A stretch of DNA of 64,000 bases from Vicugna vicugna (Eukaryota), in contig MU058153.1 of the NCBI GenBank assembly GCA_013265495.1, forward strand, positions 994,001 to 1,058,000. Reading direction: 5' to 3'. Both the position numbers and the translations under genes were made by a program. The notes under the pieces were generated by a model, which saw only the letters and a list, made by a program, of their open reading frames with translations, made no database searches and was not told where the DNA came from. This document shows, one piece after another, positions 1-12,539 of this stretch. Each line of letters opens with the position of its first letter. Within the stretch, counting starts at the first letter, position 1.

Positions 1-1452
1 TCCATATAGCGCTATTCTGTCGATGAGTATGATGTTAACAGTGGTGACTATTGATGAACATGGCTGAAAAACGTAGTAATAATTTTATCAACATATACAT
101 TATAGGTGATTCAGAATGTGGATCCAGTGGCTACCATTCTGAACTCTTGTCTTGCATTCAGTGTAACACCCACCCCTCAAACGAAAACAAAAAACAGAAA
201 ATAAAAAAAATTCAGGCAGAGTAGTTTGTAAAGAGCCTCTAATATCTGTTAGGAATCTGTGACAGTATAGGACATCTGGTTTTGTTTTTCACATTTGCCT
301 TTGGGTAACTTCTACTGTGTTGGCTGCTCTTTGATCTCAATGGAAAGCTGAGAGGGAAATCCAGGCAATCTGCACACAGATGCGGCGTGATTGTAATATT
401 CTTGCTTTTACGTTCCAGTTCATCCTAGTTGCCTCTAGTGGCCTAAAGAAAAGGACCTGCCATTTGCATTCCAAAAAGGAGCAGATGACAGTCAATATGT
501 GTAAAACTTTTAAAGTCACCGCAAGCCTCAACTTTGATCTCTGAGCTTTACTCGCTACTTCACCAGATTGGACCCAAGGCTCTCATCTTGTCCAAGTGGG
601 TGACTCATTTCTCTTTGTATTGGGGGGTCCAAAAGGGGTCCTCTTAGGTTTTTACTTTCACTGTTATTCGTTTTGCATTAAATCGTTTTGATTACTTGTG
701 TGGAAAGCAGCCTATATTCTAATAAGACATTTAATTATTAGTTTCACTGCTGGGAAGTAAAAATGTAGGTCATTTCTGTATTGAACACACAAAATCAAAT
801 AGTGCTGATGAAAGTCTTATTTTTATAACAGGCTCCTTTTCTTGATGTTTATCTGACAACCAGTTGGACTAGAGTTAAAGAGGAAGGTGCAGGTCACCCA
901 GTGCACTTAGCTGATGGCATTCCCCTAGAAGCTGACAGAATAGTAGCAACGGGAGTCAGTTTTAATGAGCCTGGCACTCCTTGGAAAGAACATGGGCCAT
1001 AAATTATCAGCCCTGGAGGAAGAGGCAAAAAGAAAGCGAGAAAGGAAATAAAAGAATTACGGGTGACATAATAAGATAGCCTCCAATGGAGAGCAATTAG
1101 GGCTCTTCTGGAAAAACATCCAAGAAATCCAAGAACTATGAGGACAGGAATTATGGACCCCTAACGACAATCAGAACTGAGTGCTATAAATCTGATTAGG
1201 AAAGTAGGATCTGAGGGAAGGATATGTAATGTTTAATGCCAGAAAGAAAGAATTGTGTCTTGGATTCCAAAATTCACCAGGCTGATCTGACCAGTTAGAT
1301 CTGACACTGTTAGGCTAACCATCCAAGTTGACCAAACTTCACCTTGCATGAAATGATGAACTCTGAGATCTTGAGGAAATGCTTTGGAAATTTTTTATGG
1401 AATTTTAGCATTCAAATAATCTATTTCAAGAAATTTGCATGAAGAAATTCTG

Positions 1453-1483
<31 letters not shown>

Positions 1484-1632
1484 TAAATACATATTATATA
1501 TGATGCACTATATATATTATCTCTGTTACATTCAATATATATTATATATAATGCACTATATATATATATATTCTCTATATATGTTATATTTAGTGTATAG
1601 TGTATATAACGCACTACATATATTCTCTCCCT
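1453..1632. repeat. (TC)n(TA)n microsatellite followed by AT-rich degenerate tandem repeat
   Basis: tctctc...tatata at 1453-1481, then three copies of gcacta(t/c)atata near 1505, 1553 and 1611. Confidence 0.85.
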
Positions 1633-2104
1633 CTCCAGAATATAGGGGCTTCTTCTACACTTTACGTTTCCTTTCTTGCTTCATTTTTTCCTCTTTTTTC
1701 AACACAAACATTTTGCAGGGTGCAGGCTCCACAGATGTGTTGCAAACAAATAGGTAATTGAAAGCTTCTCTTGCCCTTTGGTGCCTTAATCTTCGATTAT
1801 CCTAATGTTGGCAATTACAGTTTCCCATTATCCACAGAAGCTGCTTTTATGATGAGTGAAAATTAAATTGTGTGCTGGGATGTTTGCCTTTAGAGTCTTA
1901 TTCTTCCTATAGAATACCTTATCACCTACGTATTTTTATGGCTTAGATTATAGAGTAAGGTATTTATTTTCTTTCCCCATTTGGATGCACTAAGGATCTT
2001 ATAACACTTTAACACACAGAACCAACCAATACAACAGCAGTGGTTGTATTGAAGGCTATTTATTTGCTGAAGCCCAGTTCACAAGATGTTATTGTCATCA
2101 TTTT

Positions 2105-2330
2105 ATTATTAATAATACTACTGCTTTTGTTTCCTAAGCACTCATAATATATTGGTATATTCCAAAAATATACATAACTATGTAAATTCTATACATGAAA
2201 AGACTGAGTCAGAGATTTTAAGTCAGAAGCCTAAGTCACATAAGTAGTAAAGTTTATGAAACCAGGACAAAAAAAAAAAAAAAAACCTGGTTATATGTGA
2301 TTCAAAAACCCATGCACTTTCCACTACATT
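2105..2330 (-). mobile_element. MIR SINE fragment
   Basis: aagactgagtcagagattttaagt...cctaagtcacata...tgattcaaaaacccatgcactttccacta resembles the reverse complement of the MIR core and 5' end. Confidence 0.7.
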
Positions 2331-2629
2331 CTTTTATTACAAATTGAGATTAATAATAGAAGTGCAAATCTCCTTTCCCACTACATTTGACATTTATTGA
2401 ATTTAATAACCTTTGGAAGGTTATAACGTGAACTAACAAAAAATACAAACAATTACATGTTACACTGGGCAATACTTGCAATGCAATAGCAAGAGAAAAT
2501 GTGATAAATGAATAAGAGAGAAAAGGTACATGTAGGTTGGAATTAAATTAAGTCTCATCAATAAATATTGCTCTATTCTGAAGGGGTCAAAGCATTTACA
2601 ATGGCTTCTATGTGTCTGATCTTCTTGGC

Positions 2630-2715
2630 ATCCTAGCAGAGTGGGTATTATCCTCCCCATCTTACGCAGAAGGACATTGAGACCCAAGAGGGATGAGCAG
2701 CTGGCTTAAAGTAGA
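2630..2715 (-). mobile_element. MIR SINE core fragment
   Basis: gggtattatcctccccatcttacgcagaaggacattgagacccaagaggg resembles the MIR core (cccattttacagatgaggaaactgaggc). Confidence 0.65.
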
Positions 2716-2724
2716 TGGTCATTG

Positions 2725-4280
2725 ATATACTCATTCAAAATAGATTTGATAGATTCCATATGATATTCACTGTATGTGCTAGGCTCTGAGGAAAGTTGTC
2801 AATAGGATAGTCAAGTTCTCTGTCCTCAACAAACTTACATTTCTGAAGGGAAAATAGTTTAGAGGTGATTAAATATAATAAGCCTGAGATATAATAAGCT
2901 TAAGACATAATGAGCATTAGTATTTCAAATAATTTTAGCTGCTTTGAAGGGAATGAAGTAAGGAATTGAAATAGTGACTAGAGCTGGGGTACATGAAGGG
3001 ATAAGATGCTTTGGATAATGGAGTTGGCGAAAGCTTCTTTTAGTTGGTCACATCTGGAGTGGGGTCATTGGGAAGAAAAGGGGTAGACAAGAAAAAACCT
3101 TGGGAAGGCACCTTCCAGGAGAAGGAAGACCAAGCTCAAATACCCACAGGAAAGAATCAGAGTGCCTCACCTGAGGAACTAAAGGAAATCTGGTATTTCT
3201 AGAACATGGAGAATAAGGTTAGAGAAGAAGGCAAAGATCTGATTCTGTAGAGCCTCCCAGAAAATGAGAAGATTTTGGATTTTATTCTAAGTGAAATTGG
3301 AAGACATTGGAGGATTTAAGCAAGAAGATGGTATCTCATATAAATAGAAAAATTACTCTGGGTTATAAAGCCGTGTGTAGGTGTGTAAGTAGATCATTTA
3401 GGCAGTCATAGTAGCAATCCAAAGAAACCATGATGATGATTTGGGCTAGGGTGGTTGCAGTGGATTTGAAGAAGGTTGGGTGGATATATTTTGGAAACAT
3501 AACCGAAAGGGCATGTTGATGGAGTGTGGGGATGAGGGAAATGGAAGAATTATGAGTAATTATATGTGTTTGGTGAAGTCCCCAGGTAGGTGTTGGTGCC
3601 ACTTACCAAGATGAAGAAGGCAGAGGAAGCAGCAGACTGCACAACTGGGACGTGAGAACCAGGAGTTCCATCTGGGACATGCTTATTTTGAAATGCTTAT
3701 TAGACATCCATAGGAAGAGACTGTGTTTAATAAGTGAGTCTAACCTCACAGGAGAGATCAGGGCTGAAGATAGAAATTTGAGAGTCATTTGCATAGAAAT
3801 ATCATATAAAACCATTGGGCAAAATGAGATTATCTTGGGAGAGAGTGAGTATAATGAACTGATGAAGATCCAGGCACCATGTTGGAGAGCTCCCACATTC
3901 TTAACTCACATGGAGAAGGAGCTCATCAAAGAGACTGAGATATTGCTGTTGAAAAAGATGAGAAACCCAGTGACACAGAAACACAGAGAAGAAAGAAGAG
4001 CGTATTCACTAATGTCAATTACTGCTGAAGGATCAAGTGAAATGAGGACAGATAAGTGAACAATGGATTGGTCCACACAAAGGTCACTGGTAACCTGGAC
4101 AACAGTGATTTCAGTGAACAAGTTGGAATGGAAATCAGTGCTGAGTCTGGTAGAGAATAAATAGGAAATAAGAAAATGGAAGTAATATATAGGGACAAAA
4201 TTCTTAAAGGGTTTTGCTGTGAAGGGAAATAAAGAAAGAAGTAGCTGAAAAGGATGTGAATTAAAGGAGGAGTTGTTTAA
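2725..4280 (-). mobile_element. L2 LINE, 3' ~1.5 kb
   Basis: Begins with the reverse-complement L2 tail (ctcattcaaaata...tgtgctaggctctgagga); typical L2 tracts follow: ttttggattttattctaagtga, ggatatattttggaa, gatagaaatttgagagtcatt, aggtcactggtaacctgg. Confidence 0.85.
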
Positions 4281-4509
4281 ATCTTTACTGTGAGCAATCT
4301 TATGTCTTCAAACAATTACTTTTTCATATTTTAACCTCGTACAATTCTAAAGGTCACATGAATTTGAAAAAAAATGGAAAGAAAAGTGTGGTCTTCCTAC
4401 TTCAGGGGGAATAAGATAAGCAAATCTGAACCAACTGAGTAACAGTCTCCATTTGTGGAGGGTCCACTTTGCAAGACATGATGCAGAACCTGGGGATATG
4501 GAGATACAT

Positions 4510-5660
4510 GCATTCACTGATTCAAAATAGAATGTTTAATGAGAATCTACTGATGTCAAGTACTATGCTAGGTGCTTGAGTTTCAATAGTGAAATAAATG
4601 AATAAGCAGAAAATATGTATTTCCTTATAAAGCTCTTATTTTAATGGGGAGGAGAGAGATGTATGATAAATAAAGAAAGGACTAAAATGAAAAGTTTCAG
4701 GCAAAATGTGCTATGAAGAAAAATACAGCAAGGGAGAGCTCTAGGTAGGACTGCAAGGTAAGGAGATGTAGAAATGTTAAAAGGTATAAACAAGAAAACC
4801 ACAGTAAGAAAGTAACAGTTGAACAAAAATAGGAAGGAGAAACAATCCTGAGAAATACAGATATTTGTGTGAAAATTTAGATCCAGCAGAAGAAACTGCA
4901 AATCCAAATGTAAGATCTTTCCAAACCAAGTTTAGAAGGAATTTCAAGAAAAAGACAGGGAGTGAGACTGTGTCAGATGCTTCCAGTAAGTTAGCTCTGT
5001 AGAATAAAGTCATTCTAGATTTTGATAAGAGTAGCTCAGTTGTGATGGAAGGGAAAGCCTGGTCGGAGTGAGTGCAAGAAAGAAGGGGAAGAAATTAATT
5101 GGAGACAGAGGATATAGAAAATTCTTTTGGACAGTGTTGCTGGAACAGGAAGCAGAGAAATGGGACAGTAGCTGGAAGGTGATGGGGTCTAGAGAGGGAT
5201 TTTTTTTTAAGGTAGAACTTTAATAGTATGTCTGCACACTGCTAAGAAGTATCCAGCAGAGAGGGTAGAATTTGATGATGAAAAGAGAAAGAATTGTGTG
5301 CCTGAAGAGAGGAAGGGGGCTGGGAAGTGATATCAAAGTGGAAGTTTTGCCAATAGACACACAGGCAGATCAACACTAGTCAGGAAGAAAGACAGGGTTT
5401 TTGGATTTAGATGAATGTGGGTATGTGGTATGAGCTGGAGGAAGTTCTTTCTGATTGATCCTCTTTAGTGGAGGAGAAAGCAAGTTATCAGCTGAGAGAA
5501 GTGGAGAAGGAGATTTTGGAATTGAATGAGAGAAGAGAAGGCACAAAACAGTCATCTAAAGAATGAAAGGACTAGAAATACTACAGGATTGTCTGGAAGC
5601 ACTGGGTCCCTCTTGAGGTTGGTGGTCTGCATTTTAAGTGAGATTTTTTTCCAGTTCTGC
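4510..5660 (-). mobile_element. second L2 LINE fragment
   Basis: L2 tail cattcactgattcaaaatag...tactatgctaggtgct; later aattggagacagaggatatagaaaattctttt...agcagagaaatgggacagtagctgga repeats a consensus segment already seen at ~4150-4250, so this is a separate copy. Confidence 0.8.
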
Positions 5661-6139
5661 TCAATTGTGTGGGGGTTGGTAGGGGAAACAGAGTCTCCCT
5701 TCTTTCATAATTACTCGAGAGAGAGAGGAAAAGAAAGCATAAACACTTAAACAAAAATTACAGAATTTATACTAAGTTCTACAATCAACTTTCTTCAGAT
5801 AAAGTGGCAGCTCAGAGTTGAGAGCAAGAATTCTGGCTGACTTGGGCGATGGATAAGGGAAGTTTATACATAGAGAAAAATGCTTAAAAAATTAATAAAT
5901 AAGTAGAGAAGTGAATATATATTTCTGAAAATGCTGATAGATTCATCATCTTATAAGTTTTACTATCATTATTTTAATCAAAACCAAGATAGGAAGTGAA
6001 ATTTTTAGTAGTCTGGAAATAGTAATAATAATGCCATATATATACATATATAATAATACTATAATGCAAAATGTTATTATATAGTATATTATAATGTACA
6101 ATATGATATACAATGTAATTTATATTTTCATTATTTGGT

Positions 6140-6355
6140 TGCTCTCATTTTATCAGTTGTTACTTAGTGAGCCCTGTGATGGGTTTTCATTAAGTATCAC
6201 CTCTCCTCTCACAAATCTGCATAGCAGCTATTATTATTCTTTCCATTTTCCAAATAAAGGAACCAGGACACAGGCTGTTAGGTCACTTGCCGACGATTAT
6301 AGAACTAGTTATGAGCAGAAACAGAATTCAGACTCAGATGTGTCTGATACTTGTT
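6140..6355 (-). mobile_element. MIR SINE
   Basis: tattattctttccattttccaaataaaggaaccaggacacagg...ggtcacttgcc...agaattcagactcagatgtgtctga. Confidence 0.7.
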
Positions 6356-7689
6356 TTCTCAGATAATCAAAGACAGTACTACAGAGCGTGGTATTGGAAA
6401 CCACCTGCACCTGGGCAAGTCAGGCTCAGAAGCTTTTATCAGTTCCTTGGAATATGGCACCAGCTGAATGACCCTCTTTAAATTACAGCTTTCTCTTAAG
6501 GTCCTGTACAAATAGAACAGCATTGTGTAGCTCTTGCCTTATGCTGGTTCTCCTAGGTTGAGATTTGAATGTTGAATTACTGTGAACATGTGATGCTGTA
6601 TCTGAAAACCAGAGATTCAAAAGCAGCAATAAACCCCCAGGGCAGAGACCTGCAGTGCTTACTGGTTGGATAGTATTTATGAATTAAGAAGATAGCTCTG
6701 TTTGTTCTTCAGAATATAGATCTTCACTGCATCACCGGAAGGGATGGCACGGTCTTCATGGCTTCCATCCTGTCACAGAGAGCTTGGGAGTATACAATTT
6801 ATTTGTTCCTTTAACAACAAGGTCAATAATGGAGTTATCTCTTTGAGTCAATCCCATCAATACAGAGAGGAATCGGAGAAAATGAAATAAAGAAACAAAT
6901 TGTGCGCTCGCAGTTAATTTGTGTCCCTCTGTCCTAAGAGATAGACTTTTGATCACAGGGTTTGGGATGATGAAAAAAGCAGAGGTGAGAGCCATCCCTT
7001 ATAGCCTGTCATGAGACACGTCGCAGCAGCAAGTTACAGTGTGAAAATCAAATGTCCTGTTGTCTTTGAGACCTGTTGAAATCTGTCTCTGACAGACTGT
7101 GAAATTGACTCCTGTAGTTATTGACAACTTGTCAGTGTACTGGAGAAACCTGTGTAGGCATGGGGAGTAGCTGTTGAACAAAGTTGAGGAAGGTGCCCAG
7201 AAAGTTAGCTGGGTATTTGGAAAACAACCACATTCAGTTTTCTTAAACTGGTGGAAAGAAAATCAAAAGAAATCGTCCACTTGAGTTGTTAAAAATGTAA
7301 CATAAATGTAGCTATCTTTGATGAATTCAAGAAAAAAATAAAGAAAGCAGAGATTTTTCTGATTTTTAAAAAATTCCTACTCAACCCAAACAAACATTCG
7401 GCTTTCTTTTCTTATTTTCTATAATCTAGATTAACTGAAAGAAATTTTCAACTCAAGGCTGGCTTCATTCTGTCTCTTAGCACACATCTGGAATATGCCT
7501 TTTTCCCTACCTCATAGTGCTATGTTTTTGAGAAATAGTTATTGATTCTAGTAGTAGATATAGCAATCAGATGCATACATTTCTGGGACCAAAATAAAGC
7601 AAAATGACCTAAGTCAAAATGCACACAGATATGTGACTCATGCTTAATTGCATATTGTAATTTTGGGCAAATTTATTAAACATGCTTGC

Positions 7690-8305
7690 AACATTTATGA
7701 TCTCACCTGCTTTTCCAGAACCCTGTAGCTGCTCCATCAAGAGACAGTTTGCATTTCCACTGTCCCTGAAAAGAAGCAGGTCTTTATGGCTGCCTTAGCA
7801 CAGATTGCAGTGGAGGTGATGCTGTGTGATTTGAGACTAAATCAAAAAAGGTGATAGATAACAGCCTTTCTCTTGGGTCCTGGGCCATGGGGAGCGCTGA
7901 GCTGACATGCAAGAAATCTAGCTTCCCTGAGTCAGCATGCTGGTGGGATCAGAGATGAGATGGCAGAGCTGGAGCTGGATCTGGGGCCAGACACAAATGG
8001 AGACAGAGATGGAGGTGGAGGTGGGGATGGGGATGGGGATGGAGATGGAGGGAGGCCTGAGAAATCCTAACTGTTCCATACCACCCTGCTGTTTGCGTTA
8101 TCCCATCCCAGGTTCCAGTCACACAATCCTGTGACTCTTCAGATGATTCCAACCCATCTTTGAGCTACCCCAACTGATACCCAGTGGAACAAAATAAGAC
8201 TTTCTTGAAATGCAGCTTCATGAGCAAGATATATGTGAGGTTTTTTTTTTTTTTTGGACATGAAACTTTGTGGTGGCTTATTACCCAGCACTACATAAAC
8301 AAGAA
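7690..8305 (+). mobile_element. MLT1-type MaLR solo LTR (MLT1G/H-like) with internal hexamer repeat
   Basis: gcagtggaggtgatgctgtgtgattt, gagctgacatgcaagaaatctagcttccctgag, and a MaLR-like 3' end (actttgtggtggcttattacccagca). Confidence 0.7.
7955..8055 (+). repeat. degenerate (GGAGAT/GGGGAT/GGAGGT)n hexamer repeat
   Basis: gagatggaggtggaggtggggatggggatggggatggagatggag read directly. Confidence 0.85.
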
Positions 8306-8959
8306 TGGTGGTCAACAGTTTTCTCTTTTATTAGTATGAATGAGAGAGACTCTATTTATACATCTAGAAATGATGATTACGTAGTAATGAAGGTCAGTAA
8401 GTAGGACATTAGGGACTTTGTAGGGTACTGACTTTCACAGCAGTTCAGTTCTCGTAGGCAAGTAGGAAGGACAGAACAACAGGAAAACTGCTAAATCCTA
8501 GGGCCACACTCTTTCCCTGTGAACATCACAAAACTCTATTAGCTGAAAGGATCATGTCTCAATAAACAGAATGAATCTGACAATTTTATGATCTTCATAC
8601 ATTTCACATCTATGAACCAATTTAGCAGCAGTGTTACTAAACTGAAATTAAATATTGTTTTCCTGAGAATTAGAATCGTGAGAACTCTATCTGTGTCCTT
8701 TGTGTCATTGTTATGAGGACATGAGGAACTAGATCCCTAGCCCGGATATGAGTATGGAGCCTGGGAAGAGAACTTCACTGTAGGTTAAGGTTGGAAATAC
8801 GTCTTATTTATATTTATGCTCCTGAAGCTAGTAATTAGCATACTCAGAATTCCTAATTTCACCTGTGGACACATTTATCACTGAAGTAGTTACCTATTCT
8901 CAGGATTGCATGCAAGCAGATATTATTTCATATATTTTAATTTATAGGAAACTGAAAAA

Positions 8960-9470
8960 ACAAGTCAACCAGATTTTAAAAAATGAGTAGTTCTCATAAT
9001 TGAAAACTCCAGAGGGTGTTCTGTCTATAAGTGAAAATTGATCCAGAAGCTCAAGTGATGTGAGCAGACCTGATTTTCCTCTCCTCTTTCTACTTCTGCG
9101 CTTCAACCTGAGGATTTGCTTTATTTTCAGCAGCCTTTTCTCCTGGCTGTCCCAAGATGGCCTTCAGAGAATCCCAAATCTGCATCATTTCTAATCAGTC
9201 TCCTCTTCCAGGTACTGAACAAAACTTTTGGTTTTCACTAAATCAAGTTAGGCGATGTGCATTTCACTAAACCACTTCTGGGGGAAGAGTATTGGGACTG
9301 ACGATGAGTTTAACCCAGGCGCCAATAGTGGTCATGAAGTGCAGGAGGTGTTCCCTGCAGCATAGTCTGAACTGAGATGGCTCCTATACTCCCCACGCAT
9401 TAGAGGACTATCATTATAAGAAGGGGGATTGGACTCTGGGTGGCCAACCTAGAAACATCTACTTGCAAAA
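8960..9470 (-). mobile_element. old MaLR LTR (MLT1K/J-like)
   Basis: ctcataattgaaaactccagagg...ttgatccagaagctcaagtgatg...caagatggcc resembles old MLT1 LTRs in reverse orientation. Confidence 0.5.
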
Positions 9471-10494
9471 GCCACTTAAGAGCAAATCTATTCCAACATC
9501 TATTAGGAGCCAGTATGTTTCAATATGTAGAAAAACTAGCACTTTTGAGTACGTTAAGATTGCATTTTTAGGAATTACTTTAAGTATTTTTTGACCAATG
9601 CAATGCAAACTATTTTTGGGAGTTCTCTACTGCATAAGAGTTTAGGGATCTTTATAGGCTTTAGAAATAAAGGGAAAAAATAAAAAACTGAGTCCTTTAG
9701 ACTATCTCCAGTGGTGTCTGCCATAAAAGCTTTGGATGAAGTCAAGTAGTAATTTGGTGGGGCTTGAGAATTGACTGGCTTATGATTTATCCAACTGCAA
9801 GTTAGACTAGCTCAACTGGGTAATGAGAATAATCATAATACATGCTTGGGGTGCATAATACACAGAGGAGGAATGAAGGAAGCATCTCCCTTCATTTCTA
9901 TGAACTTCAGAGCATGCTTATTAGCCAAGTGACTGATGTGCTACTCTGAGTTCTGCCATTAAACACGAGAGGAACAAGGGTGGTTGTGAAACTACTTCAA
10001 TTAGGTGGTGTATGTCCCCGGGAAGGGAAGAGCTGAAAGAATATTTAGGTCACTGGAAAAGTCAGATTTCTTAGAAGCATGTTTTTAAACCAAAGCCTTA
10101 GAAATCTTCTGCTACTGAAATACTTCTTATTCCATTGAATATATTTGCATTTTACGTCAGGGTAAGGATGAGCTCAGTGTACAGACAAGTTCATCAAATT
10201 TATAAGCAGATGGAGTCTATGAGAAGGTTAGTACTTTTAGTAAAATTAAGAAAAGGACTCCAGGGAAAAGGAAATAGGAGGAAACTCATGTCATAATTAA
10301 AGTTAATTTTTGATCAGTTACTTGATTTTTTTAGGTAGCACCTAAAAGTAACAACCTTATAGGCAATCTATAATTATATTTAGAGATAAGGGAGGCAGTC
10401 CCTTGAATTTAGTTATTAAAGGGTTTTATGTTTAGCATGATAAAACCACACCTGATCAAGATGGTATTTTTTGTTTGACTGGTAGGTTATTTTT

Positions 10495-10725
10495 TGGTTA
10501 AGGAGCCACGATGTCAAGTTTGGACCAAGACTGTAGTTTTTAAACCCTGGTCCTCCCATATGGCAGTGGTGTGACTTTTGAACACATCATTTTAACCTTT
10601 CTGTGCCTCCATTTCCTCATGTGTAAGATGAGGATAATAACAACGTCTACCTTTGGGGATTAAGAACTAAATCGGCTAATAAGTGCTGTGTGTTTGTAAC
10701 AGTACCTGCCATACAGTACTTATCA
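10495..10725 (+). mobile_element. MIR SINE, near full length
   Basis: ttaacctttctgtgcctccatttcctcatgtgtaagatgaggataataac...aacagtacctgccatacagta. Confidence 0.85.
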
Positions 10726-10744
10726 CAGAATTGCTAGGTGTTTA

Positions 10745-11230
10745 ACTGGTAGTTGGCTCGTTACAGAATTTTAGGTTGGAAACCATCTTCTTCCTGCAGA
10801 ATTTTGAACGACCCGTTTTTACTGTAGATTTTCATATTTTATTGAACGTCAATACGATTATAATTTTGAATTCTTTTGGTGTTTTATGTCTTTCCTTTCT
10901 CAAAGCATTTAAAGATTTTCGTCTTTTCACCCTGATATTTTGAAATCCACAGAAATGTTCCTTGGTGTGACCCTGCCTTCAACCACTGTGATGGACACTG
11001 AGTGTCCACTAAATCTCAAAACCAATGTGCTTTATTTCTGAGAAATTGAATTGAGTTATAACTTGGATTTTTTTTTTCTGAGTTTATTCTTCACACATTC
11101 TATAACTCCTATTACTTGGATATTAACCTTCCAAAACTAATTCTTAAAATTTCCATCCTTTCTCTCCCATTTTCTTTGTCTTTTGTATTTACTGTTTTGA
11201 AATGTTTATTGAAATTTATTCCATAGTCTT
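10745..11230 (-). mobile_element. ancient L1 (L1M) internal fragment
   Basis: acagaattttaggttggaaacc, gatattttgaaatccacagaaatgttccttggtgtg, tataactcctattacttggatatt are typical antisense L1M tracts; T-rich plus strand. Confidence 0.65.
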
Positions 11231-11519
11231 TAATACATGTAGGGGACTTAGAAAGTTCTTGACGTACAGTAGGTGCTAAAGAAATAACAGTTTTCTTTTC
11301 TCTCTTCCTTTTTCTGTTCCTCTTTCTCTTTTATCTTCCTGTTGCTTTTTTTTTTTTCTCTTCTTCTACATTATTACTACTTCCTAAGCAGTATGTCCAG
11401 TTTTGGGTGTTTGATTAAATGCTCTGGTGCTGGTAGTCTGCCTCTACATCTAGTATATGTGGATTATTGTTTGGCCAAGGAAATACTAAACAACTTAGGC
11501 ACAAACCAGAATGTTTATT

Positions 11520-11760
11520 TAAACTATCATTTATTAAACACCCACTGTATGGACACAGGGTCTGTCAAATTGGCTTCCTCTAAAGCACTGAAACTGTCAT
11601 AATAACCTTATAAGATAATTTCAGTCTTATGCAATTTTATAAATAAGGACATGAAGGTTCAGGGAGATTGCAAAACTTAGCAAAATTTTAAAACTAGGGT
11701 TTGAACTATAACACTTTAGCTTCTAAAACCCATGACTCAATTTCTACACCATGCTGCTCT
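11520..11760 (-). mobile_element. MIR SINE
   Basis: aattttataaataaggacatgaaggttcagggagatt...gggtttgaact...ctaaaacccatg. Confidence 0.6.
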
Positions 11761-12360
11761 GACACAGGTGTAAATTCCCAAGAGGGCTGACTGTACTGTA
11801 GAGGGAAACCAGCCCATCAGCCGTATCTTCGACACATTAGGCTAATGGCAGATAGGAAGTGTGGGAAATGCACACTCTGTGAGCAACTGTTGTTTACACG
11901 GAGTCTTCTGATGTGTGCAGTTGGCCTCACTTCTGAGCCACTGTGATTTCCCTGGCGTCACCAGCACAGGTCTGACAAGGGTTATAGCAAGATGACCTCT
12001 CCTAGTTGGAATTCTCAACAGGGAAGGACGTAAGACGGTGTAAGCTTCTTGTTCTCCTCAAGTACAAGGATTTTTCATTTCAGTGAACACAGAGGAAAAT
12101 GAATATGATGGCAAAGAAGCCTGGTGGATGTATAGTCTGGACTGTTCCTCCCTGCGGCTAATGATGTATTTGAAATGCATTTTCCTCCATATGGGGGAGT
12201 GACGTATTTTAATGCACATTCTCCCTTCTTGACCTCCCAATGGCTTTCCATCAAATGAACTAATATTTATGTATGTGATTAATGCAGGCAAGCCATGAGT
12301 TAGAACTGTGGGGAATTTTCATTTATTTATCTATCCATCATTCCACATGCTCTGTAACTT

Positions 12361-12440
12361 CTAGGTTGAACCAAGTGAAATTGCATATACTCAACTGTTT
12401 ATGACCTCAGGAATGGTAATTTCATGTAGTTCAAAATAAA
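12361..12440. mobile_element. MADE2-like Tc1/mariner MITE (~80 bp palindrome)
   Basis: taggttgaaccaagtgaaattgca...ggtaatttcatgtagttcaa has imperfect inverted termini and resembles the MADE2 consensus as I recall it. Confidence 0.8.
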
Positions 12441-12539
12441 ACATATTACATTTTGATTAAAAGCAGTTGTAAGAGATTAAAAAGTTATTAGCCATAAACA
12501 TAGATGGTATGAACAAGAAGTTACTTGTTTTTCCATATT

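Noticed and set aside
428..443. CTCF-like GGCCACTAGAGGCAAC on the minus strand
   Set aside because: The GGGC part of the core is missing one G, so it is a weak match.
1140..1345. Possible L3/CR1 remnant
   Set aside because: Similarity is too faint to call by eye.
3652..4059. 135-aa ORF
   Set aside because: Lies on the antisense strand of an L2 remnant; no recognisable protein.
7937..8152. ORFs with MEMEVEVGMGMG and HPHPHPHL repeats
   Set aside because: Simply translations of the hexamer repeat inside an LTR.
12084..12202. Candidate exon reading NTEENEYDGKEAWW after tttcatttcag
   Set aside because: No good donor, ends in a stop, peptide not recognised.
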